DNA of 64,000 nt, from contig OZ220495.1 in the NCBI GenBank assembly GCA_965116225.1, positions 149,405-213,404 of the forward strand. Reading direction: 5' to 3'. Below the pieces are notes generated by a model that worked only from the letters and a program-made list of their open reading frames with translations, did not search any database and had not been told where the DNA came from. The position numbers and the translations under genes were made by a program. Each line of letters begins with the position of its first letter. Position 1 is the first letter of the stretch. Below, piece after piece: positions 29,299-38,507 of the stretch. Source of the stretch: Dehalococcoidia bacterium. GTDB lineage: Bacteria > Chloroflexota > Dehalococcoidia > Bin125.

Positions 29299-29389
29299 CG
29301 AGGAGATCGACCCATAAGGTTCTGGGTGGCGATGCCTGTACAAACCTGTACATAGCGGACTACGAAACCGCGCTTGAGATTACTTGCCA

Positions 29390-29660
29390 ACGCCCTCGAA
29401 TTGGACGGCGGCGAGCCCGAGATCAGCGTGGGCGAGGCGCGGGCGCGAGTCGGGCGACGAGCCGATCCCGTTCTACGGCGACGGCGCTGACGATCAGCCC
29501 GATCGGATTCGCGCTTGGTCAGAGCATCAGCGGCACGGGCGGATCGAATTCGGCCTGTGGCAGGACGGGACGGTCCTGCGGCCCGACGCTAGGTTCTGCC
29601 CCGCAAACGCCCAGTCTCGGCAAGTGCTTGCGCTCGTCGCCAATCGAGGTCGCCGCTGAA
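29390..29660 (+). pseudogene. Decayed duplicate of 28490-28930 (3' end of the flavin reductase plus 5' end of the secreted protein)
   Basis: Roughly 70-80% identical by eye; the reading frames are disrupted. Confidence 0.5.
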
Positions 29661-29915
29661 GCAAGACCATGACAAGACCCTGACAGGATCATGACATACA
29701 CCACATACACCGCCCCAGCGCGTTGGTGGCGAGCGACCGTATCGCAACTCCGACGCCCGGTTCGCGCGGCGATATCATCCACCGAGCGACCGGGCTGCCA
29801 GGCCAATCGGCCACTGGAATCGCCAATCGAGGTACAGAGAACAGATAGCGCTGCCGCGATGGCCGGAGCTCGTGCTTGGTAGCCGATAGCCGAATACCGC
29901 CACAACGGCATCGAG

Positions 29916-29927
29916 CCCCCCCCCCCC
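29916..29927 (+). repeat. C12 homopolymer immediately upstream of TATATT, 37 nt before the DinB-like start
   Basis: tcgagCCCCCCCCCCCCatatattcaacc...ATG(29965). Confidence 0.7.
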
Positions 29928-29964
29928 CATATATTCAACCGACATCCCCGACCTGGACTCCGCG

Positions 29965-30573
29965 ATGACCGACGATAATGACGCGCCGATTTCAACACCG
30001 CAGACAACCCGCGACATGCGCGCGCAGGGAATGCCTGAGCGACCGCTGCTGGCGACCGATCCGCCGCTGCCCGCCGACGACTTCGCGCCCGCGCTCTGGG
30101 TTCCGCTGACGCGCGCGTTGCGCGCGCGGCGGCGGCTGATCCGCATGGCCGAGTCGCTGCCGGCCGCGCAGTGGTTGCGCCAGTCGGCGGCGCCGAATTG
30201 GTCGCGGCGCGACCTGCTCGCCCACCTGGCCGCCTCGGATCGGCGCTACCACGACGCGCTGATCGCCGCCCTCAACCAGGCGCCGCTCGAGAATTGGCGA
30301 CCCGACCCGGCCCAGCCAGGGCCCGATCTGGATCGCGCCAACGCGCTGGGCGCCGGGCGCTATGCAGGTCAGTCGGTCGAGCGGTTGGCGGCGCATCTGC
30401 GGGCCGGAGCCGACAAATCGGTCACGCTCCTGGCGGCCTTGAGCGAGGAACAGGTGCTCATGCGAATGGGCTTCGCCGGCAACGCCCTCTCGCTGCTGGA
30501 AGCATGGGCGTCGCACGATAACGATCACGCCGACGACATCATCAACGGACCCAGAATGATGCGCACCCTCTGA
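29965..30573 (+). CDS. DinB/YfiT-like (mycothiol maleylpyruvate isomerase N-terminal domain-like) protein
   Basis: WSRRDLLAHLAASDRRYHDALIAAL, then H-rich helical segments. Confidence 0.5.
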   Translation: MTDDNDAPISTPQTTRDMRAQGMPERPLLATDPPLPADDFAPALWVPLTRALRARRRLIRMAESLPAAQWLRQSAAPNWSRRDLLAHLAASDRRYHDALIAALNQAPLENWRPDPAQPGPDLDRANALGAGRYAGQSVERLAAHLRAGADKSVTLLAALSEEQVLMRMGFAGNALSLLEAWASHDNDHADDIINGPRMMRTL

Positions 30574-30607
30574 CGCCGCTCGCGACTCTCGTCACCGCAT
30601 CGTCTCT

Positions 30608-30795
30608 CTCAGCCTTACTTCCATCGAACCCTGACCGAACTCCTCAGCGACGCCGTCAACCGCGGGTGGGTGGTTCGACGGCACCCGCGAACCGTCGAAC
30701 ACAGACGGCGGTGAGGGCGATGCCGACAATCGCCATCGGCCGGGCCCACTTCCTCGACACACCACCAGTCCTCGGCACCTACCTCCGCCATCGCG
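30608..30795 (+). pseudogene. Frameshifted remnant of the C-terminus of a SAM-methyltransferase paralogue (homologous to the 26103-26290 gene end)
   Basis: PYFHRTLTEL...GGEGDAD... matches PYFHRTLTELFSAAFDRGWVLDGIREPSISDGGEGDADEP. No upstream gene body is present. Confidence 0.55.
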
Positions 30796-30802
30796 GCTGA
30801 CC

Positions 30803-32428
30803 TCAGTCCAGTTCCGGTTTTTGTCCTACCCATCCAATTACGGTCTTCTTTTCGTTTCTATCGTAGCGGAAATAAATTCGGACAACTCGATTCGCACTTC
30901 CGCCTCCCAGCCTCGCATGTAGATCATATACATCTATATCCTTGCTCGCAGGGTTGCGAAAAGTACGCTTCTGACGTCTCGTATCACTTTTACGCACACC
31001 GGAGCTTTCAGGAGCAACATTTACACCTTGCTCAGAGAACCAATCAATGGTACGCTTCCCAATATTACCATTCAACTCGATCATCGTTGCTGCATATTTG
31101 TCCAATACCATAAACGTACGAAGGATTTTCTTCGGTGGCCCCGCAGATGGATCGAGCCCTTTTACACCATCATCCACATCCATTCCAAATGCGAGCCTCT
31201 TGTACTCTCGGTTAGCTATATCTATAGCTTCGCTTACGCTTTTAGGAGAATGATCTGGTGCTTTCTTTTGATCGCGTTCCGATCGCACTTGATCGAGTTC
31301 CTCAAGCAAACTATCACATCTGTCTTGCAAGTCATTTTGAGAGTTAGATTTTTCACTCAGTTCCTGTTGGATGCGACGCAATTCTTCTCCGTGTGATTCC
31401 TTAAGCTGAATTATTTGCGCTTCCAGTTTTTTGTTTTCGTCTTCGAGGTAGTTGATCCATTCTTCACCCTGAAGGTTCTCAAGTCGCTCACTTTTGTATG
31501 CTTCGGTAACAGACTGGATGATCTGCGGGTCAGGTAACGTCGCTGCTTCGGCAAATATCGCCGTCTTGATCTCGCGCTGTGTATTGTCGAGGGCATCTTC
31601 TGCTTCCTTCCCCCAGAGTTTCACATGATGAGGCCAATACCGATGGAATTGCGGCTCGTCTGTACCTGGGCGTATCGGCCAGTATATGCGGATTGCTCCA
31701 GAGAAGCAGCTCCACTCGCGACCGACTAAATCACTTAGCTCCCATGCCCCCGCTACGTCGAGGTGAGCGACATGTGCTACTCCGAAGAGATCGTCTTGGA
31801 AGGAACGGAGGACTCGGTCAGGAGGGAACGGTGAGGGATAATTGTTTGAGGAAATAACGACGATAGGAAGAGTACGGCTTTCATCCCAGATGCTCTCTTG
31901 AAGCAGAAGAGCTCCAGTATCCCCGAAGTAAACTGAGTGATTGCCCTGCACAGATGTGTTTCCAGCTTTCCACTGGTGTGCGGTACCTATCTCCCGCACT
32001 ATCCTGGGGCATTTCAGATCAAGCCCAGGTCTTGGAGTAACTGCGTACTGATCGGCAATCACTTCGGCAATCAATTGACAGCGCGCAGAGAGTACGAGCC
32101 TGTTGTTGCCAGAGGCAATTTTAAGATCTGTTCGGATCGTCGATCCTGAGTCTCCATAAGGATGAGTGAGCTCTAGACTGAGCAGTTTATGAGCCTGGTC
32201 GTCGTGAGTGAGACTGTCGACGGACAGAGACAATGTTCCTTCACGTCCATCACGAAGAATGATGGTTTTTAAGCTCAGGGGTTCTGAATCACCAGTAAAG
32301 TCAAACCGGTCTTTTGCTTTCCGATCTACCCATGCAGATGTCATCTTCATGTATTGATCAAATCGATCAAAAGCCTCAGTAGGCTCTGTCGTTTCAGCTT
32401 GTAGTGAGTAGGCGAGGTAGTTCGTCAT
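30803..32428 (-). CDS. Orphan 541-aa protein in an AT-rich island: N-terminal globular domain, central coiled coil, C-terminal RelE/ParE-like strand motif
   Basis: The 30.8-32.45 kb region is clearly lower in GC than its flanks (estimated by eye at roughly 45% against a ~68% background). Coiled-coil segment LEAQIIQLKESHGEELRRIQQELSEK. C-terminal RVVRIYFRYDRNEKKTVIGWVGQK. No recognisable family. Confidence 0.6.
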   Translation of the reverse strand: MTNYLAYSLQAETTEPTEAFDRFDQYMKMTSAWVDRKAKDRFDFTGDSEPLSLKTIILRDGREGTLSLSVDSLTHDDQAHKLLSLELTHPYGDSGSTIRTDLKIASGNNRLVLSARCQLIAEVIADQYAVTPRPGLDLKCPRIVREIGTAHQWKAGNTSVQGNHSVYFGDTGALLLQESIWDESRTLPIVVISSNNYPSPFPPDRVLRSFQDDLFGVAHVAHLDVAGAWELSDLVGREWSCFSGAIRIYWPIRPGTDEPQFHRYWPHHVKLWGKEAEDALDNTQREIKTAIFAEAATLPDPQIIQSVTEAYKSERLENLQGEEWINYLEDENKKLEAQIIQLKESHGEELRRIQQELSEKSNSQNDLQDRCDSLLEELDQVRSERDQKKAPDHSPKSVSEAIDIANREYKRLAFGMDVDDGVKGLDPSAGPPKKILRTFMVLDKYAATMIELNGNIGKRTIDWFSEQGVNVAPESSGVRKSDTRRQKRTFRNPASKDIDVYDLHARLGGGSANRVVRIYFRYDRNEKKTVIGWVGQKPELD

Positions 32429-33099
32429 TGCTGTTGGCTCCTCGACAGGGCTTAGGGCGCTCCGGCGCGCCGCTCATCGGGTGGGTAGCGGCTTGCGAGG
32501 CATACAATAGGAGGTTGAGCACAGAAGATCAAGAGTGATCCCAGCGGGCCGACGCGATGAGATCACGCAGGATATTATCCGCGCGCCACCCCGGCATCTC
32601 CGCGCACGCGGAATCTCGCTCCCGCGCGGTTGACTGTCTCGCCTCCGCTACGCCTCTGCTGTAGTGTCCGCAGACGGCCGAACCCCGCATCAAGCCGACG
32701 ACCCCATGCGCCAGGAACGACATCAACGCCAATATGGCATCATCGACAGCCAAGGCCGACAAGGCCGGATCGACCACCCGTCACCCCCAATCGCCCCAAA
32801 TCGGTAACAGCGTCTCCCGTTGTGTGGCATTCCGACGCCGAAACGCCGCCCTGGCCGCGTTTGGTCGTCTCCGCCATCACGCTAATTTCCTTCCACCTCA
32901 ACGCGCTGCAAGCCCACTCCGGCAACACCGTCACCGAATCCGCTATCGCCCCATCCATCGCCGAAGCCAACTCAGACAAGACCGCCATCGCCCTCGGCGA
33001 AGCGGCCGCCCGCCGGCGGGTTGCAAATCCGTCCGATGGGCACGGGCGGCGGTTGGGGAGGGGATGGCGTCCAGGCGGGCGGAACCGAGGATGCGAGTT

Positions 33100-33999
33100 T
33101 CAGTGCTCACCCTCTGCTGAGCAGTCCGTTGCGACGGTGATGATCGCCTCGGCCACTGCGTCGGGGCGGCGCATGGGGATGAAGTGGTCCGAGTCCTCGA
33201 CCGCCCGCTCAAACGCGTTGGGAAACACATCGGTCACCTGCTGAGCGGTCGGCGAGCCGTGGCCTTGGGCAGCGCCGGCGCGCAGGATCAGGGTTGGTTG
33301 CCGGACGCGAGCCAGATCGGGCCACGGATCGACGGTCGGCGCATGCTCGAAGCACCAGGCCTCCACCGTCGGATCGCATGCCAGTTCCCACTCGCCCAGC
33401 CTGTTTGTCGGGTTGAGCCCGTAGCGGACATAGCGCTCGACCGCCTCGCGCGTCCAGTGCGTGAACGCGCCGCGACCGATCAGGGACTCCGCCATCTCCT
33501 GCGGGTCGCTCCAGATGCGCCGGCGCTTGCGCGCCAACTCGGCAAGGTCGCCGGGCGCTGTCGGCGGCATCGATCCGCGAGGATTGATCAACACGGGATC
33601 GATCAGCGCCAGCGACTCGATTCGGTCGCTGACGGCTGCGGCGATGGCGCAGACGCAGCCGCCCATCGAGTGGCCGGCGGCGACCACATCCGTCAAGTCC
33701 CGCTGTTCGAGCCAGGCGCTCAGATCGGCCGCCATCTCGCGCCAGTCCGCGCCCGCCTTATCGGATGGCGCCTGCGAAGCGCCGTGACCACGCATGTCGA
33801 GTGCGAACACGCGCCAGTCTTCGGGTAGCAAGCGAACCACATCGTCCCATGTCCGGGCGTGAAAGCCGGTGGCGTGAATCAGGACGGCCGAACGGGCGGG
33901 TTCGGCCGCGGCCGGCCACTCCCAGACCCGCAGGTCATAGCCGCGGACGCGCTCAGTCGATGCAGTGGGCAGCGATCGGTGGTTCATGGACGGATGCAC
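33100..33999 (-). CDS. Alpha/beta-fold hydrolase
   Basis: Nucleophile elbow (GHSMGG), then HATGFHARTWDD. Confidence 0.8.
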   Translation of the reverse strand: MHPSMNHRSLPTASTERVRGYDLRVWEWPAAAEPARSAVLIHATGFHARTWDDVVRLLPEDWRVFALDMRGHGASQAPSDKAGADWREMAADLSAWLEQRDLTDVVAAGHSMGGCVCAIAAAVSDRIESLALIDPVLINPRGSMPPTAPGDLAELARKRRRIWSDPQEMAESLIGRGAFTHWTREAVERYVRYGLNPTNRLGEWELACDPTVEAWCFEHAPTVDPWPDLARVRQPTLILRAGAAQGHGSPTAQQVTDVFPNAFERAVEDSDHFIPMRRPDAVAEAIITVATDCSAEGEH

Positions 34000-36014
34000 T
34001 CCCTACCGGACTCGGGATACGGAAATCCTCGTGCTCTCCAGCAGGCGAAGTGCGCATAGAATTCCTCAGTACCGATACCCCAGAATTGGCGGAAAACCTG
34101 TTCGCCAGCACGAGCCCGCGGGCTCGCGACACTCCTATCCTCCACTTCCGGGGCGAGCCGCGACTGCACGGACAGCGCGCGATAGTATTCGGCGACCGAC
34201 TTGCCGTCGCTGTACGCCTCAAGCCACTCCGTCGCCAGTGCGCCGAGAGCATACTCGGGCGAACCCGAGCTGTTCTCGAGCCTTGGATCATCGAGTGCGA
34301 TATCGTAGCCGCGGGCGGCGGTTACAAGGGGTTCTCTGGCATCAGACCAGGCTTCGTCGAATGCGCCGGCCGCGTACTTGAGGGCGACATACTCGGCAGA
34401 ACCCTCCAGCATGAACGGCGGATAGCTGTTCAGGACGTTGTATCGCTCGGGAAACGACCAGGCGCTTTGCAAAACGTGAAAGTACTCGTGAGCGTATGTG
34501 CCGCCATCCAACAGGCACAGCGCGCCAATCCGTATGGCCGCCGAGGCAAGGCCGCAACCGGGATCACGCGAATCGACTCGCCATGCGACTCCGTCGGCGA
34601 GAAACCCGAATGCATCAACGAACCATTGCTCCACATCGGCGACGATTTGTCGAATCTCATCAGCCCGCGCTTCCGCTAAAGTACCCAAAATAATCACGCG
34701 ATCCGTCTCTGTCGAAAACGGCGGCGCCACCATACGGCGATACGACTCGACACCCGAATAGAACTCATCCCGCGATAGCCCAAATGCGTGATCGAGCGCG
34801 GTCACTGTCACACCGCTGGCTGCGAGGTGATCGAAATATCGGATCAGGCTCTGATCGCCGAATGTCTCCGCAAGGTAGCGAATGACGAGGAATTGCAGTG
34901 GGCGTATGTCGAAGCGCGCATCAACGAGACCGAGCTCCGCCAGGGGAACTGTGACGGATCGCGCCTCAGACAAGTACGCGGAAGCTTGATCACGCTCTCG
35001 ATCAGGCCCAAGCGATGCAAAGCCAACGTATGCGGTATATCCATACCAAAGGCTGTAATCAAGCAGCGTGCGCAGGCGCGCTGCTCTGACCGACTCGACG
35101 GCGACCAGCGTACCTGCGATTTTGGCGATATGGTCGACGCAACTACGGTTGACCAACATCAGCGAATAGGTACCTCCCACGCCGGGACATCCACCGCTTG
35201 GTCTAGCGCTCGGGAATCCCGGCGTTCGTCCATGGTCGGTCAGCAGCGTGTGCGCATCATCCCAATCCTGGGCGACGAAGATGGTATATCGATCCTGCAC
35301 CGCGCCAAAGCGTTCAGCGAGGAGCCGTTCCGCACGACGCACCTCATCGGCGACGCGTTCACGAACTGCTTCGGGCAGCTCGGGCGAAAAGTGGATCACG
35401 CCAGGCGGCTCGACGGGGCGGTTCCAGCTCTGGTCGGCAAGAAGATACAGCGCCATGCGGTCGCCGTACTTCACCGTGGGCGCTGAAGGTGTTAACTCTC
35501 GGACCTGAAGATCGCGGACCGGATACGCATCCCAGGACTGGTTGTCCGCGTTCCACAGCATCACCCCGAATACGTGGGCAAGGTCCAGGCCCCGTAACGC
35601 ATCCGCGAGGGGGACATCATCAGCGCCAAGCCAGCGAAGGACGTTCGCCCCAGTTTGGAGATCCACTCGACCGACAGCAGGTATCGACACACCGCCGTCC
35701 ACCATCGCCACCGTCAGCGTTACTATCGCCTGACCCGGGCCGGTCTCCCTCACCAAAGCCTCGGCCGCCTTGCCGTTAACCACGAACACCACGCCGTCGG
35801 ATTGATCCCGATCTACATCGATGTACCAACTGCCGTCCGCAAACACCGTCGTCGAGCCCAACTCGTCGCCCGAACCAGCGCGCGCGGCAATCTCGTCACC
35901 CGCCGTCGCCCCCGTCCCGTAAAACCGGTACGGCGGCTCCTGCTGCGCCGATGCCATCGCCAGCGCCGACGCCGCCAACGCAATGATCGTCAAGGTTGCG
36001 GCGAGTGGTCGCAT
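33984..36014 (-). CDS. Secreted putative zinc metallopeptidase (HExxH)
   Basis: Signal peptide (MRPLAATLTIIALAASALAMASAQQ). Single HEYFH motif (AHEYFHVLQ). Confidence 0.5.
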   Translation of the reverse strand: MRPLAATLTIIALAASALAMASAQQEPPYRFYGTGATAGDEIAARAGSGDELGSTTVFADGSWYIDVDRDQSDGVVFVVNGKAAEALVRETGPGQAIVTLTVAMVDGGVSIPAVGRVDLQTGANVLRWLGADDVPLADALRGLDLAHVFGVMLWNADNQSWDAYPVRDLQVRELTPSAPTVKYGDRMALYLLADQSWNRPVEPPGVIHFSPELPEAVRERVADEVRRAERLLAERFGAVQDRYTIFVAQDWDDAHTLLTDHGRTPGFPSARPSGGCPGVGGTYSLMLVNRSCVDHIAKIAGTLVAVESVRAARLRTLLDYSLWYGYTAYVGFASLGPDRERDQASAYLSEARSVTVPLAELGLVDARFDIRPLQFLVIRYLAETFGDQSLIRYFDHLAASGVTVTALDHAFGLSRDEFYSGVESYRRMVAPPFSTETDRVIILGTLAEARADEIRQIVADVEQWFVDAFGFLADGVAWRVDSRDPGCGLASAAIRIGALCLLDGGTYAHEYFHVLQSAWSFPERYNVLNSYPPFMLEGSAEYVALKYAAGAFDEAWSDAREPLVTAARGYDIALDDPRLENSSGSPEYALGALATEWLEAYSDGKSVAEYYRALSVQSRLAPEVEDRSVASPRARAGEQVFRQFWGIGTEEFYAHFACWRARGFPYPESGRECIRP

Positions 36015-36031
36015 CGCAAGCGCGTCGCGGG

Positions 36032-36946
36032 TTATGTGCGGCGTTTCACTGCGCCGCGGCCGTCGCCGAATGGATCATCGCGCCACTCGAGCGCGACCTT
36101 GAGCCCTTTTTCGCGCCCGATCCTGGCGAATTCGTCGATGCTCGGGGCCTCGTGCCAGATGGCATCGAAGTCGGCGCCTTCCGATGCCGCCGTGCGCAGG
36201 CCCATCAGCTCGAACCAGCGATTGGTGGAGTGCTTGTGCACCGTCAGACCGTCCAGCGGCACGTGGGCGATTCGCTGACAGAAGGCCATCGTCTCTTGAT
36301 CGAGCGCCTCTTCGGGGTAGGCGCGATTGATCATGCCGATCCGTTCCGCCTCGTCGCCCTCGACGGTATCGCCCGTGAAGAGCAGTTCCTTCGTCTTCAG
36401 CATGCCGATCTTGACGGGCCACAGGCCCAACGTCGGGGGGATGCCGATGGCGCGACCGGCGGGATGCCCGAAGCGAGCCGTCTCGGCGGCGAAGACGATG
36501 TCGCAGGCGCCGATCATCTCGCCGCCGCCGGCGAGGCACCAGCCGTGCACCTGGGCGACGATCGGTTTGCGGTACGACCACATCCACATCCAGCGCTCGA
36601 CCGAGTCGCGCAGACCCTCGCGGTCGAGCGCGATCCGCGACTCGCCCAGCTCCCAGGCCTGCTCGCCGCTGCGGCGGTTGGGTCGCCAGTTCAACGACCC
36701 GCCGCCGGGCGTCAGGTCGTAGCCGGCGCAGAAGGCGCGGCCGGCGCCTTTGAGTCGGATCACGCGCACGTCGTCGCCTGGGTTCAACTCGCGCAGCGCC
36801 GCCTCAAGATCGTTCCGCAATCCACCCGAGATGGCATTCAGCTTTTCAGGGCGGTTCAGCGTGATCGTCGCGACCGGTCCATCGAGTTCAACCAACACGT
36901 TCTCGTACTCAGTTGCGGGTTCGGTCATGGGCTCAGTCATGGTCAT
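36032..36946 (-). CDS. Enoyl-CoA hydratase/isomerase family protein
   Basis: Crotonase-fold motifs (LNRPEKLNAI, GAGRAFCAGYDL). Confidence 0.8.
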   Translation of the reverse strand: MTMTEPMTEPATEYENVLVELDGPVATITLNRPEKLNAISGGLRNDLEAALRELNPGDDVRVIRLKGAGRAFCAGYDLTPGGGSLNWRPNRRSGEQAWELGESRIALDREGLRDSVERWMWMWSYRKPIVAQVHGWCLAGGGEMIGACDIVFAAETARFGHPAGRAIGIPPTLGLWPVKIGMLKTKELLFTGDTVEGDEAERIGMINRAYPEEALDQETMAFCQRIAHVPLDGLTVHKHSTNRWFELMGLRTAASEGADFDAIWHEAPSIDEFARIGREKGLKVALEWRDDPFGDGRGAVKRRT

Positions 36947-37018
36947 TGCCCCCCTGTCGGATGCCGCTGTCGGCCAATCTCTGCGGCTATTGGCTATTGA
37001 TGATGTGGTAGTGGAATG

Positions 37019-37879
37019 CTAGCCGCCGCGGGAGCGGGCGGCCGGCGACGTCTTGCGCCGCTTCGCGCGACGAAACTCGGCGTACTCGTCGTGGTGCTGC
37101 TGACAGAACCTGCGCAATCCTAGCGCCGTCTCAATCGGGCTGGCGAGATCGTCTGCCCTGCGACAATCCTTCCAGGCGCAGCGAAGCGGCGCGCTTTCGT
37201 CTGCGCGCGGAGCATTGGCGCGCGCCCGCGCTTCGCGTTCCGACTGATCGCGCGCTTCGCGCTCTCGCCTGAGTTGATCGAGATCGGCGAGAGTCTGCTT
37301 CCGCATGTCCTCGACCTGTCGCCGCTGCGCTTCGGTCTCGGCGCGGGCTTCGCGCTCTCGTTGTTGATCGACGCGACGCGCTTCCTGTTCGCGTCGTTCT
37401 TGCGCTTCGTCTTGCTCGCGCTGTTCGTCTTGCTCGCCTTGTCCTGCTTCCTGCTGTCTCGCTTCGAATTCAGCGCGGCGACGCGCCATCTCTTCCTGAA
37501 ATGCATCATTCTGCTGTTGGGATTTGCGAGCGCGACCCTGGACGGCTGATCGTCGACGGGCTCTACGCCGTTCTTCCGCTTCGCGCCGTCGGCGAAACGT
37601 GTTGAGTATCTGCTCGCGGTCCGCCTCGGTGACGTCCGGCGCGGGCCGATACAGGTCCTCGCCCGCCTGCGGTATGGAGGGGTTGTCGAGTTGCTCGATC
37701 AGCAAATCATGCGCCGCCTGCAGCTGTGTGAACCGCTCTGACGCGTCGGGCGCATCCGACACATCGGGGTGCACTTCTTTCGCTTTGCGACGGAACGCCT
37801 TGCGGATCTCATCCGCCGACGCGCCCGGTTCGACGCCCAGCAGTTCGCCTGGGTCGTAAGCGCCAGACACGGCGATCAA
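37019..37879 (-). CDS. J-domain protein with a long Arg/Glu-rich charged region and C-terminal Cys-containing tail
   Basis: J-domain (YDPGELLGVEPGASADEIRKAFRRKAKEVHPDV), then (R/E/Q/A)n, then CAWKDCRR...FCQQHHDEY. Alternative (TTG) start. Confidence 0.65.
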   Translation of the reverse strand: MIAVSGAYDPGELLGVEPGASADEIRKAFRRKAKEVHPDVSDAPDASERFTQLQAAHDLLIEQLDNPSIPQAGEDLYRPAPDVTEADREQILNTFRRRREAEERRRARRRSAVQGRARKSQQQNDAFQEEMARRRAEFEARQQEAGQGEQDEQREQDEAQERREQEARRVDQQREREARAETEAQRRQVEDMRKQTLADLDQLRREREARDQSEREARARANAPRADESAPLRCAWKDCRRADDLASPIETALGLRRFCQQHHDEYAEFRRAKRRKTSPAARSRGG

Positions 37880-37979
37880 CCTCGCCTCGCAACTCGGCGG
37901 CGCGCACTCGCGCGGAGGGTTTCATCAAGCAGATGCGCCTGCCCCTCGCCCGTAGCCGTCATGGCGCTCATAAGCTCGC

Positions 37980-38507
37980 TCATGTGGCCAACGATAGCGC
38001 GACAGCCGAGACGCGCGCGCCCAGTGAACGCGCCTGTTCCCGATCCAGATCCGTCAGCTTGCGCACCGCTGTGGCACCGTAGTAGCTGCCCGAGTGGTTC
38101 ATCGTCGATGTCCAGGGCAAGCCGACGATCAGCATGCCATGGCCGATCAGCAGATGCACGATCTGTAGTAGCGTCGCCTCGAGTCCGCCCGAGGGGCTCC
38201 AGCCGGCGCTGAACGCCGCGGCAGGCTTGCCGGCCAGTTCGCCCGACTCCCACAGGTCGCCCGTGTAGTCCCACCAGTGCTTGAGTCGACCGGTGATGCC
38301 GGTCCAGTTAGGGCTTCCCAGAATCAGCGCGTCGCAGGCGACCAGCTCATTCTTGTCGGCGATGTCGAGCGGCCGATCCCAGACCTCGACACCCTCGATC
38401 GAGTCAGCGCCCTCGACGATCGACGCCGCCAGTTCCGCGACCAACCCTTGCGAGTCGTACAGCACCAGCACGACGACCTTCCCCGACTGCGCGGACGCTT
38501 GCGCCAT
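37980..38507 (-). CDS. Flavodoxin-like NAD(P)H:quinone oxidoreductase (WrbA family)
   Basis: Flavodoxin-fold N-terminus (KVVVLVLYDSQGLVAELAASIVEGA). Confidence 0.7.
   Translation of the reverse strand: MAQASAQSGKVVVLVLYDSQGLVAELAASIVEGADSIEGVEVWDRPLDIADKNELVACDALILGSPNWTGITGRLKHWWDYTGDLWESGELAGKPAAAFSAGWSPSGGLEATLLQIVHLLIGHGMLIVGLPWTSTMNHSGSYYGATAVRKLTDLDREQARSLGARVSAVALSLAT

Noticed and set aside
32529-33100. Small ORFs (32529..32777 -, 32740..32988 -, 32630..33244 +) between the AT-rich island and the hydrolase
   Set aside because: No RBS, no recognisable domain, and the frames overlap one another. Possibly a real small gene, but unsupported.
34788-37000. Plus-strand ORFs 34788..35486 and 35996..37000 overlapping the HExxH protein and crotonase genes
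   Set aside because: Antisense to genes with clear family motifs. Composition is biased.
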